DNA of 64,000 nucleotides from a virus. Shown here piece after piece: positions 50,235-59,366 of this stretch. The DNA lies in the IMG/VR virus record IMGVR_UViG_3300034093_002316, positions 3,930 through 67,929 of that record. One strand, 5' to 3'. The position numbers and the translations under genes are program-made. The notes under the pieces are model-generated. The model had not been told where the DNA came from. It searched no databases and saw nothing but the letters and a program-made list of their open reading frames with translations. Within the stretch, counting starts at the first letter, position 1. Each line of letters starts with the position of its first letter.

Positions 50235-50595
50235 AAAAGGAGTCCCGGGAATAAGAGAGAGAAACCCAGGACCCCATTATCAACACAGTGCCTCAACACT
50301 GCCTTACCTAACCAACCGATCCGCCGGGAGTGTCTTTCGAGCACCATGATCCCGGACCCTGTCGGTTTATTTGAGAGATATGTTTTCATACAAAGGCCCG
50401 GAGGTGTTAGCTTGTGGCTTTTCCCTCGGGAGTGCGTAGCTTGTGGTTACCGGGCCTAGGTTCCATGTGATCGACGCTCAATACCCGTACCCGATATCCG
50501 GAGGCACTCAAAGACTAATACGACACACTTACCAATGTCTGATCCTTAAGGTCGCTCTCTTACGGCATTTGGTTGGATCAACCTTCCTTCTTATT
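50235..50595 (-). ncRNA. Candidate ~360-nt structured ncRNA carrying two anti-leader sequences
   Basis: Promoter-like TTGGAA..TATTAT at ~50605-50633; stems UGAUCC/GGAUCA, AGGCCCGG/CCGGGCCU, AACCGA/UCGGUU, CAGUG/CACUG; terminal hairpin plus U-tract. Confidence 0.65.
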
Positions 50596-50616
50596 TACAC
50601 TTATATAATATGAAAT

Positions 50617-51344
50617 CTAAAAATGAATTCCAACCGAATCCAAAAATAAATCTAAAAATCGTCTAAAAATAACGGCGCGTTGGACTAAAAATAGACCCGG
50701 GATGGTGCCGGTTTCGTCTAAAAATACGAGTCGCTATAGCTAGGTCAGCAAATGTAACGTGCTTATAGTGCATCTTCGTCTAAAAATCAAAACCCCATTT
50801 CGTCTAAAAATAGCCTGATTTCGTCTAAAAATAGCAGGGAGGAGCGGATATGCATCTAAAAATAGCCTGATTTCGTCTAAAAATAGGACTCGCTATATAT
50901 AGCATCTCCATCAGTAGTTGCACTATAACACATATAGCACATCTATATACCGAGACGTATAAGCTAGCGATCACGTAGATCCATCAGTATAGCTACCGTT
51001 AATACACCTACACACAACACTAAAAATGGCAATCCTAATCCAGACATATGATTCGTTTTCTATAATATAAGGAAACCCATCTAAAAATCAAACCTGGAAT
51101 TGAACTAAAAATCGTCTAAAAATAGCCGGAACGGTTGGAATTGTGGATTCCCTTTTACACTGCGTATACGTGCGTCTAGGCGGCTTGATATATACGTATA
51201 TACCGTGCCTTGTAATAAAGAGTCTATGCCCCATGGAAACATTGTATTGGGAGGGTGATATATATAACCAATCTGGACTACCTATACTAGACACAATTTC
51301 GTCTAAAAATAGACTGCCATATCTGCGTATTTTAATCTAAAAAT
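50617..51344 (+). repeat. Array of 16 same-orientation CTAAAAAT repeats (often TTTCGTCTAAAAATAG)
   Basis: Copies at 50617, 50652, 50663, 50685, 50718, 50780, 50804, 50825, 50856, 50877, 51020, 51081, 51105, 51116, 51303, 51337. Confidence 0.9.
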
Positions 51345-51408
51345 AATCTAGAGATGCTGAGGGATTCTCGTTACTAGACACGTGGTCGATTGCGGTGCTG
51401 GGTACTAG

Positions 51409-51657
51409 TTAACCTACGATACTTTGCATTATGGCTTCGCCTACCGCCCAACACATAGCTACACACATCACTACTCCGGCTGCGATTGCTACGCCCAATA
51501 TGCCTGATAACGTGCGTAACACATAGGGCCATATCCACGTGTGTTCTGGTTCCTCTTCTTGCAATATGTATCGTTCTGTTATGATTCCTGTTAAGTATAT
51601 CATGTACCACGTAGCTATTATGCTTATTGCGCCTATTAAAGTTTCTATTACTATCAT
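51409..51657 (-). CDS. Membrane protein
   Basis: Two hydrophobic helices. Confidence 0.55.
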   Translation of the reverse strand: MIVIETLIGAISIIATWYMIYLTGIITERYILQEEEPEHTWIWPYVLRTLSGILGVAIAAGVVMCVAMCWAVGEAIMQSIVG

Positions 51658-51833
51658 TTACTCTGGCATTTGACGGTATATTTCATCTATCATATAACAT
51701 ATTGTCATATTAAACAACACGTATGTTATCATGCTTATTGCTATTAAGCCTATCGTTGTCTTTGTCTTCATCCGTAGTATTATTTAGCATTATCCGGAAC
51801 TTACTACGTATTTTTATTAGTTTGCGGATCCGA

Positions 51834-52226
51834 TTACTTCTTTTTAAATTGTTCAAGCCAATAGTTAAATTCTTCTATATCTTTCATACCACCACCATTA
51901 AAAAATGCTGATTTTAAATCTTCCTCACTATACATTCTTTCAGCTTGCCATTTAGCTCCTGCAATAAAATGCTTTATAACTTCTTTGTCATAAAAATCAT
52001 TTGAGCCATCATACGGAACTCTAAATCCATACTTATCAGCAGCTTCTTCAAGTGTTTCTTGTTTAAGTTCGTTTCCACCACACTTACCGCATCCAACCAA
52101 TCCGACTCCTTCACATCCGGCACACACACCAAATTCCGATTTTTTCTCACCATCACATCCTGGACATGTTATTATCCCATCGACGCAACAATAAGCTGGG
52201 TTCTTAATTAGTTTTGATTTTTCCAT
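51834..52226 (-). CDS. Hypothetical protein with DnaJ-type CxxCxGxG zinc finger
   Basis: CPGCDG, CAGCEGVG, CGKCGG; then ETLEEAA..FIAGAKWQAERMYSEED module. Confidence 0.65.
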   Translation of the reverse strand: MEKSKLIKNPAYCCVDGIITCPGCDGEKKSEFGVCAGCEGVGLVGCGKCGGNELKQETLEEAADKYGFRVPYDGSNDFYDKEVIKHFIAGAKWQAERMYSEEDLKSAFFNGGGMKDIEEFNYWLEQFKKK

Positions 52227-52227
52227 A

Positions 52228-52734
52228 TCAAATCTTTTTAGTTAATATAAGACATCCTTCTGAGTCAAGTTTTGGTGTTGAATATGGTACATCATGAAAT
52301 TGAAACATAGCATCGGGTGTTTTTACCATCTCAATCTCAACTTCAATTTCTGTTGGTTGTAATAAAGCAACTAATTCGGTAAATGTTCTATTAGGATGAT
52401 TTTCTAAGGAGTTAAATGCTTTTCTAAGATTAGATAAAGTAAACACCTTGTCTTTATTCAACTCCATTGCTTTGTTGAAGCCTTCTCTGAAACCTTTTCT
52501 TTCTCTTGGGCTAAAAGAATCTCTCCATCCAGGTTCTGACTCATCAGGAAATGCTTCATTAGCTAACTTCTCAACATCAACTACTCCAAATATCTCATCA
52601 CAGTTTTGTTTGGAGAGTTTATACCAACCATGACCTACACCGCTTTTTGCGTGAATATCTATTTCACCATCAAGATGAAGAGTATATTCATATTCACCTC
52701 CACTAAATATTTTCTTAATTAGTTTTGCTTTCAT
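52228..52734 (-). CDS. Hypothetical protein (start probably MKAKLI)
   Basis: ORF track; promoter-like sequence upstream. Confidence 0.6.
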   Translation of the reverse strand: MKAKLIKKIFSGGEYEYTLHLDGEIDIHAKSGVGHGWYKLSKQNCDEIFGVVDVEKLANEAFPDESEPGWRDSFSPRERKGFREGFNKAMELNKDKVFTLSNLRKAFNSLENHPNRTFTELVALLQPTEIEVEIEMVKTPDAMFQFHDVPYSTPKLDSEGCLILTKKI

Positions 52735-52791
52735 ACTATAAATATAATGATTATTTCGCACGTTTCCTAATATTTACAGTATAATAAGAGA

Positions 52792-53484
52792 TTATTCATT
52801 TAAATTTCCGGTGCCGTAAAGCGTTGCCCATGTTGAAAATGATTTCATTATGTCTTCTTCCATCTTAGACAATTCCAGATCGAGTGATGGCAACCAATCT
52901 GATGTGAAGGTTGCCGTCCTTCGAGTTACTTGCATACTTGCCGTACCAACCTGCCCGGTTACAGGAAATTGTCGTATAAATTCATGTCTCTTAGTCTCAA
53001 ACTGACACACATTTATGTATCCTCGTACGTATCTATATATTTTATCCGTTACACCAACGCGCCACGACTCATCTCGTAGTCTCAAGTTGAATGGGCGTAT
53101 ATGCCATGACTCATCTCGTAAGCTCAAATCAAATGGTCCATATGGTTGGACGGGTCTGGTATAAGTTATTTCCCAAGCGTATACCAATCCTTTATCCACA
53201 TTGCTTTGTATGTACATGATCCACGTGCTTAGATCCGTTAAGTATATGGTTGTGATGCCGTCCAGATTGCTATCAGGTATATGCAGGTTATGATTATTAT
53301 GCGTTACTCCGTCAATTGGAACCCAGAATTTTGCTGCAGCTATACGTGTCAGACAGTTGCAAGGAACGGGTTGTTGCAACATATCTTGCAGTTTCAAGTT
53401 CAATGCGTTTGAATGCAAATCCGGGAATTGATCGCATAATACGTTGTACATCTGCAGTGCCGTTATCATTATGGGTCTTTGCAT
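52792..53484 (-). CDS. Hypothetical protein with an internal PF.L.LRDESW duplication
   Basis: ORF track. Confidence 0.55.
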   Translation of the reverse strand: MQRPIMITALQMYNVLCDQFPDLHSNALNLKLQDMLQQPVPCNCLTRIAAAKFWVPIDGVTHNNHNLHIPDSNLDGITTIYLTDLSTWIMYIQSNVDKGLVYAWEITYTRPVQPYGPFDLSLRDESWHIRPFNLRLRDESWRVGVTDKIYRYVRGYINVCQFETKRHEFIRQFPVTGQVGTASMQVTRRTATFTSDWLPSLDLELSKMEEDIMKSFSTWATLYGTGNLNE

Positions 53485-53488
53485 CGTG

Positions 53489-53845
53489 CTATTGTTTTTG
53501 TTCTACAATCTCAATTAGTTTATCAAGACAAGCTGCTTCTGCTTCTTCATGGGTGCTATAAGCTGCAGATGTATAGTATTTTTCTTTAAATTTTTCAATG
53601 TAAAATCTATATCTTTCTTTTGAGGATTCTTTTATGTAAGAACAATACTTATGCTTCTCTCTAAACCATCTTAAGGCTTGTTGGTATAGTGGGGCTTTAA
53701 AATCATTTGTTCTTGCTTCACCATCAATAAGGTCTGCAAGAATATACTCATTTTCACCTTTCCACCAATACATAAAGCAAGGCTCATTAAATCCAAGTTG
53801 CTTCATCCTTAAAGCTAACTCATAAGATATAAATTCTTTTTCCAT
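53489..53845 (-). CDS. Hypothetical protein, MEKEF.YELALRMKQLGF family, copy 1
   Basis: Paralog of 55368..55703. Confidence 0.7.
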   Translation of the reverse strand: MEKEFISYELALRMKQLGFNEPCFMYWWKGENEYILADLIDGEARTNDFKAPLYQQALRWFREKHKYCSYIKESSKERYRFYIEKFKEKYYTSAAYSTHEEAEAACLDKLIEIVEQKQ

Positions 53846-53865
53846 ACTATTTGTTTTCGAATCGG

Positions 53866-54078
53866 TTACATTGGCAATGTTGGTGAATACGTCTTATCCG
53901 CGATATCGCGTTCGAACACTATGAAGTATCCACCTCGGATAGTCTGACTGCTACCGGTTGTAACATGTTGTGCCGTTACTGATACTACTCGCCAACCTTG
54001 TGCCATGACATCATCTAACTTATTTTGAACGTCGGAAGTATATTCATTACCGATTACTAAGACTCTTTGTTCTTTCAT
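53866..54078 (-). CDS. Hypothetical protein (DUF4177-like)
   Basis: LDDVMAQGWRVVSV...YFIVFER pattern. Confidence 0.5.
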   Translation of the reverse strand: MKEQRVLVIGNEYTSDVQNKLDDVMAQGWRVVSVTAQHVTTGSSQTIRGGYFIVFERDIADKTYSPTLPM

Positions 54079-54079
54079 C

Positions 54080-54301
54080 TTATTCTGATTTAAATGTTTC
54101 GTTGTAGTATTGTTCCGAATTTGTTTTTGGCAAATAGTTTAACCATCCAACTCTATAAGCTTCCACAATTTGTTTCTTCTCCATTTCTTTGGCTTGTTGA
54201 ATAATTTCATCTCTTTGCCAACGTGGTAAATCTCCCCAAGTTTTCATCTGTTCTTCTAACCATTCTACTGCCGTCAGTTTCATACTACTTAATGTTTTCA
54301 T
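54080..54301 (-). CDS. Hypothetical protein, TAVEWL..QAKEME family
   Basis: Paralog of 59982..60188. Confidence 0.65.
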   Translation of the reverse strand: MKTLSSMKLTAVEWLEEQMKTWGDLPRWQRDEIIQQAKEMEKKQIVEAYRVGWLNYLPKTNSEQYYNETFKSE

Positions 54302-54536
54302 CGTGACGATTATTCTTACCGGAAGTGTACGTTGTCATTGTCTCACCCAATGTAGTAAAATAATGATAACGTGAACCATCGCGGAAACGATACACCTTTA
54401 CGCCGTCTTGTTCAAAAAGAAATGACACATCAAAGTTACCTTGTTTCGTGGTGCTTTGTGGTTCGTTGTAACAGCTGGTAAGCATCAATCCGGTTAATGC
54501 AATTAAAAAGATTCGTTTCATATTTCTAATATCCAA
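54285..54536 (-). CDS. Lipoprotein (DUF4884-like)
   Basis: Lipobox LTSC; FLFEQDGVKVYRFRDG..HYFT. Confidence 0.7.
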   Translation of the reverse strand: MDIRNMKRIFLIALTGLMLTSCYNEPQSTTKQGNFDVSFLFEQDGVKVYRFRDGSRYHYFTTLGETMTTYTSGKNNRHDENIK

Positions 54537-54730
54537 TTAAGTACGTTTACTTTGCTAGTTAATATTGCTACAGCATCATTTGCTGCATACATTTCTCCAG
54601 GATCAGCTTCTCCCCAGTTTTGTTTATCTTTATGATATCTTTCATAAGCATCTTTTGCCCAATCTTGTGCATCTTTTAAATCTAATAGAGTTTCATCTAG
54701 ATTAGCTTTTATTTTTTCTTCCGTTATCAT
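54518..54730 (-). CDS. Hypothetical protein
   Basis: ORF track, coupled. Confidence 0.55.
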   Translation of the reverse strand: MITEEKIKANLDETLLDLKDAQDWAKDAYERYHKDKQNWGEADPGEMYAANDAVAILTSKVNVLNWILEI

Positions 54731-54741
54731 TTTAAGTTAAT

Positions 54742-55110
54742 TTAAAATTCAACATCATCACACATTTGATTTTCTTCTCGTATTCTTTCTTCTGCTAATT
54801 CATAAACCGCAAAGAAATCCTTACGATCCGTTTCGTCTAATTGTAACAATCTAGCACCAACCGTATTCATATCACAACACATTTCATCTGCATCGTATTG
54901 CAACGTTGCAACGGTATAACATTGTTCCGGCGAATTGAATATAGATTCTTGTATGGATGTATTGTTACGACGTAGGAAACCGCCATCAGATTGCCAACCG
55001 TCTGCAATGTATTCTTCTCGCTTACCGTAATAAGGATTGGGTTGCCATTTAACAAATTCATAACGGCTTTGACTGAAACGGCATTCGATGTTGTTAACTC
55101 TTATTTTCAT
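54742..55110 (-). CDS. Hypothetical protein
   Basis: ORF track, coupled. Confidence 0.6.
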   Translation of the reverse strand: MKIRVNNIECRFSQSRYEFVKWQPNPYYGKREEYIADGWQSDGGFLRRNNTSIQESIFNSPEQCYTVATLQYDADEMCCDMNTVGARLLQLDETDRKDFFAVYELAEERIREENQMCDDVEF

Positions 55111-55119
55111 AACTTTTAT

Positions 55120-55362
55120 TTATCGTTTATCTACTAAGAAAAATTCTTCGAACTCTGTCGGCGTGAAATATGTTAATTCATCATCCTGATAGTCCTCATC
55201 ATATCGTACTCCGTATTCACCGGTCTTCTTGGTAATAGTTTGCAATGTACCAAACATTACATTACGACTCGCAATAGCATCACCAATCTTAACATTTCCT
55301 GTTTTGAGATTTACTGGTTCGAACCCTTCTGCTAACATTTTCTTTATTGTCTGTTCTCTCAT
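55120..55362 (-). CDS. Hypothetical protein
   Basis: AAGAGTT-ATG leader. Confidence 0.6.
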   Translation of the reverse strand: MREQTIKKMLAEGFEPVNLKTGNVKIGDAIASRNVMFGTLQTITKKTGEYGVRYDEDYQDDELTYFTPTEFEEFFLVDKR

Positions 55363-55367
55363 AACTC

Positions 55368-55703
55368 TTATTTATTTTCTACAATCTCAATACAGTATTT
55401 AAGACAAGCAAGTTCTGCTTCGTCGTATGTGTACTCACCTGTATCTGACAATTCATCCATAATCCATATATGTTTCGATCTGTGCTTCTCTCTAAACCAT
55501 CTAAATGCTTGTGAGAATGTTGGTGCTGAAATATGATTTGTTTTATTATGATTATCATACTTAAACATTACAACTTCACCAATATTAGGGATTTTATACA
55601 TTAATTCTTTTGTTGTAAAATCATACAAATTAAAACAAGGTTCATTAAATCCAAGTTGCTTCATTCTTAAAGCTAACTCATAAGGTACAAATTCTTTCTC
55701 CAT
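55368..55703 (-). CDS. Hypothetical protein, MEKEF.YELALRMKQLGF family, copy 2
   Basis: Paralog of 53489..53845; TTGGA-type promoter upstream. Confidence 0.7.
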   Translation of the reverse strand: MEKEFVPYELALRMKQLGFNEPCFNLYDFTTKELMYKIPNIGEVVMFKYDNHNKTNHISAPTFSQAFRWFREKHRSKHIWIMDELSDTGEYTYDEAELACLKYCIEIVENK

Positions 55704-55754
55704 AACTCTTATTTTTATACTTTAAATATAAGAATTATTTTGCAAACGTCCAAC

Positions 55755-55946
55755 CTATTTGTCGGATTTAAACCAACGTTCATATGCTGACGGATCTATA
55801 ACAGCACGACTCCGATGCCTTTCTGACACCGGAGCCTTCATTAGTTTGTTGTATAAGTCTTGCATCGATGCGGATGCTTTGTTTTGATATGGCACATGTT
55901 CTTTGTGCTCATTATCGAAATTCATGTTAGGCCGGATCGCTGTCAT
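55755..55946 (-). CDS. Hypothetical protein
   Basis: ORF track. Confidence 0.45.
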   Translation of the reverse strand: MTAIRPNMNFDNEHKEHVPYQNKASASMQDLYNKLMKAPVSERHRSRAVIDPSAYERWFKSDK

Positions 55947-56151
55947 CGTTTCTATTGAATAATGCAGTGAATACGTCTCGCCAATACAAATACGTCGGAA
56001 CGAATATCAACCAGGATAACAATAAAGCCGGTACCCATATGTACCAAAGTTCCAATTTAGTTTGTGCAGCAACCAATGCTCCGATAAATGCTACAAACAT
56101 AACAAGGTATGAGCATACAAATACAGCTAGGTCTTTAAGAAATAATTTCAT
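55927..56151 (-). CDS. Two-TM membrane protein
   Basis: Two hydrophobic helices. Confidence 0.6.
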   Translation of the reverse strand: MKLFLKDLAVFVCSYLVMFVAFIGALVAAQTKLELWYIWVPALLLSWLIFVPTYLYWRDVFTALFNRNDDSDPA

Positions 56152-56176
56152 GTATTTAAGTTTAAAAGTTTACAAT

Positions 56177-56539
56177 TTACCAATAATATCTGTAACATAT
56201 ATCATCATACATTACTATGACATACGATCCGTCAGTACTACTTGATATGGTTACTACACAGTCTGTTTGAGTTTCATCAACTGCTGACCAAGATACGTAT
56301 TCTCTTCTATTAGCTATTCTATCATATAGCAAATAAACAGATCCGGCAAGGTCGCTTACATACATTCTGCCATCTTCCAACAAGAACGTTATCTCACACG
56401 CTTTAAAGTCATCCCAGAACCATTCTTCGGTTTCCGAATCCCAAACGCCAAACTCACTTGCATACGCTTCAATCGTTGTTTGTGCATTAGATACTAGCGA
56501 CACCATCGCCAACATCAATATTAAAAATAGTTTTTTCAT
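56177..56539 (-). CDS. Exported hypothetical protein
   Basis: Signal peptide MKKLFLILMLAMVSLVSNAQ. Confidence 0.65.
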   Translation of the reverse strand: MKKLFLILMLAMVSLVSNAQTTIEAYASEFGVWDSETEEWFWDDFKACEITFLLEDGRMYVSDLAGSVYLLYDRIANRREYVSWSAVDETQTDCVVTISSSTDGSYVIVMYDDICYRYYW

Positions 56540-56541
56540 GT

Positions 56542-56862
56542 TTATTTATTTTCGTTTTTTATTTTTTGTTCATACTCCCATCGGCTGATGATTAATTCCC
56601 TTTGCATTCTTCCTCGATTGCTTTGACGTGCTTCAACCAAATTGTATTCCGTTTCCAATTCTTCCAACGTCATGTTAGCAACCTCACGTTGCGTCGGTGT
56701 CATGAAGTCTCTAGGATCTCGATTTCGATACTTGGCAAGAAATTCTTGTAACTGTGCTAGATCGGTAGGATCCATTTCTTGCAACTGTTTAACGGCATCT
56801 TCATACATTGCCTTTACTTGAGACTCTTGGTTCTCTAATTCTTCGTTTTCTGTTTCTGACAT
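56542..56862 (-). CDS. Hypothetical protein
   Basis: ORF track. Confidence 0.6.
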   Translation of the reverse strand: MSETENEELENQESQVKAMYEDAVKQLQEMDPTDLAQLQEFLAKYRNRDPRDFMTPTQREVANMTLEELETEYNLVEARQSNRGRMQRELIISRWEYEQKIKNENK

Positions 56863-56881
56863 ATTATGTATTTATTAAAAT

Positions 56882-57424
56882 TTAATTAAGTTTCCAATCA
56901 ATTTGATGATTATATACTCGGTGTGCATATCCGTTAATGCAAGGACGTCCTGTATTGTAACAACCAAACACCGTTTTCCAATCGCCATATTTATTATACA
57001 GTTTGCGTAATACTTTCATCGATGTCATAACATTGTATTCGATGTCATTGCGTAAACGTTGGCGTGATACATTGTCTCGATTGTTACTTCTCGCAGTAGG
57101 TAACATGATTTGCATTGGACCTAAGGCACCTGCCGATGATCCTTGTGCTGGATTGTACTTCCAATGAAATGGACCTCGGTATCCTGTTTCTGCTTTAGCT
57201 ATGCCATATGCAAACCGTTTAGGAACGTTGAATGAATCTGCATATTTTTCTATGTTAAAATACATTTGAAGACACGGAGGATCCGTTGATGTGATGGCAT
57301 TATATGACCTTGTAGACAATTCCGGTGTTGACGAAACTACACTAATAGAATTAAAAAAAAGATTGATAGCGACTAACGATGCAGCCGCTATCAACAAAAC
57401 TTTAAGTTTAGTCATGCTTTGCAT
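56882..57424 (-). CDS. Lytic transglycosylase (SLT domain) with N-terminal membrane anchor
   Basis: IAKAETGY catalytic Glu, SSAGALGPMQIM, YNTG. Confidence 0.85.
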   Translation of the reverse strand: MQSMTKLKVLLIAAASLVAINLFFNSISVVSSTPELSTRSYNAITSTDPPCLQMYFNIEKYADSFNVPKRFAYGIAKAETGYRGPFHWKYNPAQGSSAGALGPMQIMLPTARSNNRDNVSRQRLRNDIEYNVMTSMKVLRKLYNKYGDWKTVFGCYNTGRPCINGYAHRVYNHQIDWKLN

Positions 57425-57728
57425 TTTGATAAATACGATTCGTATACATCTTGAATATTGTCATTCCAACGGAATCGGAATACACAACATACTTTCCGGT
57501 GTTTCTTTCAACCAGCATGAGCTCATTGGCATCATTTACTGCAATTGAAATTTCACTTGGTGCAAAGGCCTTTGAGTATGGATTAACTTCTACTACTTCC
57601 TTAGGCGGATAATTCTGAGTATATCGGCCAATGAAGAAGCCTAGTACCAATGCTCCAACTAGAATAACATAATTAATTACGCGTTTCATAGCTGTTACAA
57701 ACTGTTCTTTACTTACAGGCATTTTCAT
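57408..57728 (-). CDS. Membrane-anchored protein
   Basis: Single TM helix; overlaps the SLT gene start. Confidence 0.6.
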   Translation of the reverse strand: MKMPVSKEQFVTAMKRVINYVILVGALVLGFFIGRYTQNYPPKEVVEVNPYSKAFAPSEISIAVNDANELMLVERNTGKYVVYSDSVGMTIFKMYTNRIYQNAKHD

Positions 57729-57746
57729 ATATATTTGGTTTTGGGA

Positions 57747-58025
57747 TTACTTGGTTGTGTTGCATTTAACTGCAAACGCTTCAATTGATTTTACCCCACA
57801 CGGACATGTGCGAGTAACGCTATCAAATTTGCAATTGGTTCTTGACTTCAATTTGCTTTGAATCCATACGTGCTGTTCTGCTTCTATGGACGTCATTTCC
57901 ACATCCGGATACACCGTACGTGCAATTCTTAACTTGGGTTTTTCTTGCCTAGGCAGTTTGCATAACATACCGAAACGGCGTAACAACAATAAAAAAGATG
58001 TGTTTATGTTTCTTTTTCTTTTCAT
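57747..58025 (-). CDS. Hypothetical protein
   Basis: TTGGA-type promoter upstream; Cys-containing C-terminus. Confidence 0.5.
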   Translation of the reverse strand: MKRKRNINTSFLLLLRRFGMLCKLPRQEKPKLRIARTVYPDVEMTSIEAEQHVWIQSKLKSRTNCKFDSVTRTCPCGVKSIEAFAVKCNTTK

Positions 58026-58088
58026 GGCTTCTTATTTTCTATAATATAAGAAGTCTTTTTAAATAATCCAACCGGCCTGGATGATTAA

Positions 58089-58424
58089 TTAATCTTTAAG
58101 TAAGTTTTTCTTTGCGTTTTTAATGTCAAAATATGTATCAACTAATTTGTCAATACGTTTATCCGTATACGAAGTGCATGCACGTTCCGTTTCATTGCAT
58201 ACGAGATGCATTGTTTCAACGCCATGGTTCAATTGATTTCGTAAGGTTTGTTCTACCATGTTAATTTCGCGTGATAGTTCGCGTTCGTCATCTTCTAAAC
58301 GACGTTTTAGTTTAACTACTTCTCTAGTTATCGAAACAACCTTAAGCATTCCTATAACAGTTGCAACTGCTAATGCAAATACAACCATCGTAACAATACC
58401 TATAGCAAATGATTCTAAGTTCAT
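58089..58424 (-). CDS. Membrane-anchored coiled-coil protein
   Basis: N-terminal TM plus coiled coil. Confidence 0.6.
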   Translation of the reverse strand: MNLESFAIGIVTMVVFALAVATVIGMLKVVSITREVVKLKRRLEDDERELSREINMVEQTLRNQLNHGVETMHLVCNETERACTSYTDKRIDKLVDTYFDIKNAKKNLLKD

Positions 58425-58461
58425 ATATTCTCCTTTGTTAATCCAGGCCGGATTGAATCAT

Positions 58462-59076
58462 TTAGTCCCACCAATCTCCGATTCGTTGGTCCAATATTTT
58501 AAATAGTAATCTTCTTGAACGTTCTTGATTGTCCCATGCAATACAGACTGCCAATGAGGTTCTGTCTTCCGGTACCGTTTCATCGCCCCACCATGCAATT
58601 TTTCCTTGTAGTGCACGTTTATATTGTAGAGGATACAATGCAAAGTATTCATCTAAATTGTCTTTGACAATTGTCGATTCCACCGTATAGTGTCGTTTAG
58701 TTTCATCTGTTGCAACAAATTCATGTTTCCTTTCAACATAATCTAAGTATTCATCTGCATACGATTCTTTTTGTTGAATGTAACATAATCTGGCACATAA
58801 TAACATCACTTCAACATCCCGTTGAGATGACACGTGCCGATCTCTCGATGCCATTCCATATGCTTGTTGTTCCAATTTGAATTGTAGCATTCGATAAATG
58901 TATGCTGAATCATAGTCGCGATCCTTCCATATTACCGGAAACCATTTCCATAGATTTTTTATTCCCGTAACGAAGCTTTTAGGCCAATGTTTAGCATCAT
59001 AGTGCCACCACAACTTAATTTTCTGTATCACTGTGTTGTAATTTAAATAGTTCGTATGTACTGTTTTCCGTATCAA
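58462..59076 (-). CDS. Conserved phage hypothetical protein
   Basis: GIKNLWKWFPVIWKDRDYD ... WWD C-terminus pattern. Confidence 0.65.
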   Translation of the reverse strand: MIRKTVHTNYLNYNTVIQKIKLWWHYDAKHWPKSFVTGIKNLWKWFPVIWKDRDYDSAYIYRMLQFKLEQQAYGMASRDRHVSSQRDVEVMLLCARLCYIQQKESYADEYLDYVERKHEFVATDETKRHYTVESTIVKDNLDEYFALYPLQYKRALQGKIAWWGDETVPEDRTSLAVCIAWDNQERSRRLLFKILDQRIGDWWD

Positions 59077-59365
59077 ACTTGATATAGTCTTCTCGTTGTT
59101 CTACAATACGCGTAATGGTAGTAGTTTGCCAGGTGAAGAAATGATTGAATGGCGACATAATTAAAGATCTTCCAACAGCTGGCTCATTGTGTTTTGCTTT
59201 GAACCATCCCATATCATCAAATTCAAGCCACATTACTTCAGCCGACTTCTTAGTTAATCCGTCTCGTTCTCTGACAAGTTTCCAATTAAGCGGAGGCGAT
59301 GGCGGTATCATGTCACTTAAATCTTCCAATGTTACCGGAATGCGTTTTTGCTTTAGTTTACTCAT
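59015..59365 (-). CDS. Hypothetical protein
   Basis: WQTT.I..I...IKF.TENSTYEL pattern. Confidence 0.6.
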   Translation of the reverse strand: MSKLKQKRIPVTLEDLSDMIPPSPPLNWKLVRERDGLTKKSAEVMWLEFDDMGWFKAKHNEPAVGRSLIMSPFNHFFTWQTTTITRIVEQREDYIKFDTENSTYELFKLQHSDTEN

Positions 59366-59366
59366 A

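Noticed and set aside
50058-51340. ORFs 50058..50459, 50198..50389, 51088..51294 and 51143..51340
   Set aside because: They overlap promoter cassettes, the structured RNA or the repeat array and lack the standard leader.
50617-51344. CTAAAAAT repeats as a CRISPR array
   Set aside because: Repeats are only 8-16 bp with irregular spacing (11 to ~190 bp) and no cas genes are in the window.
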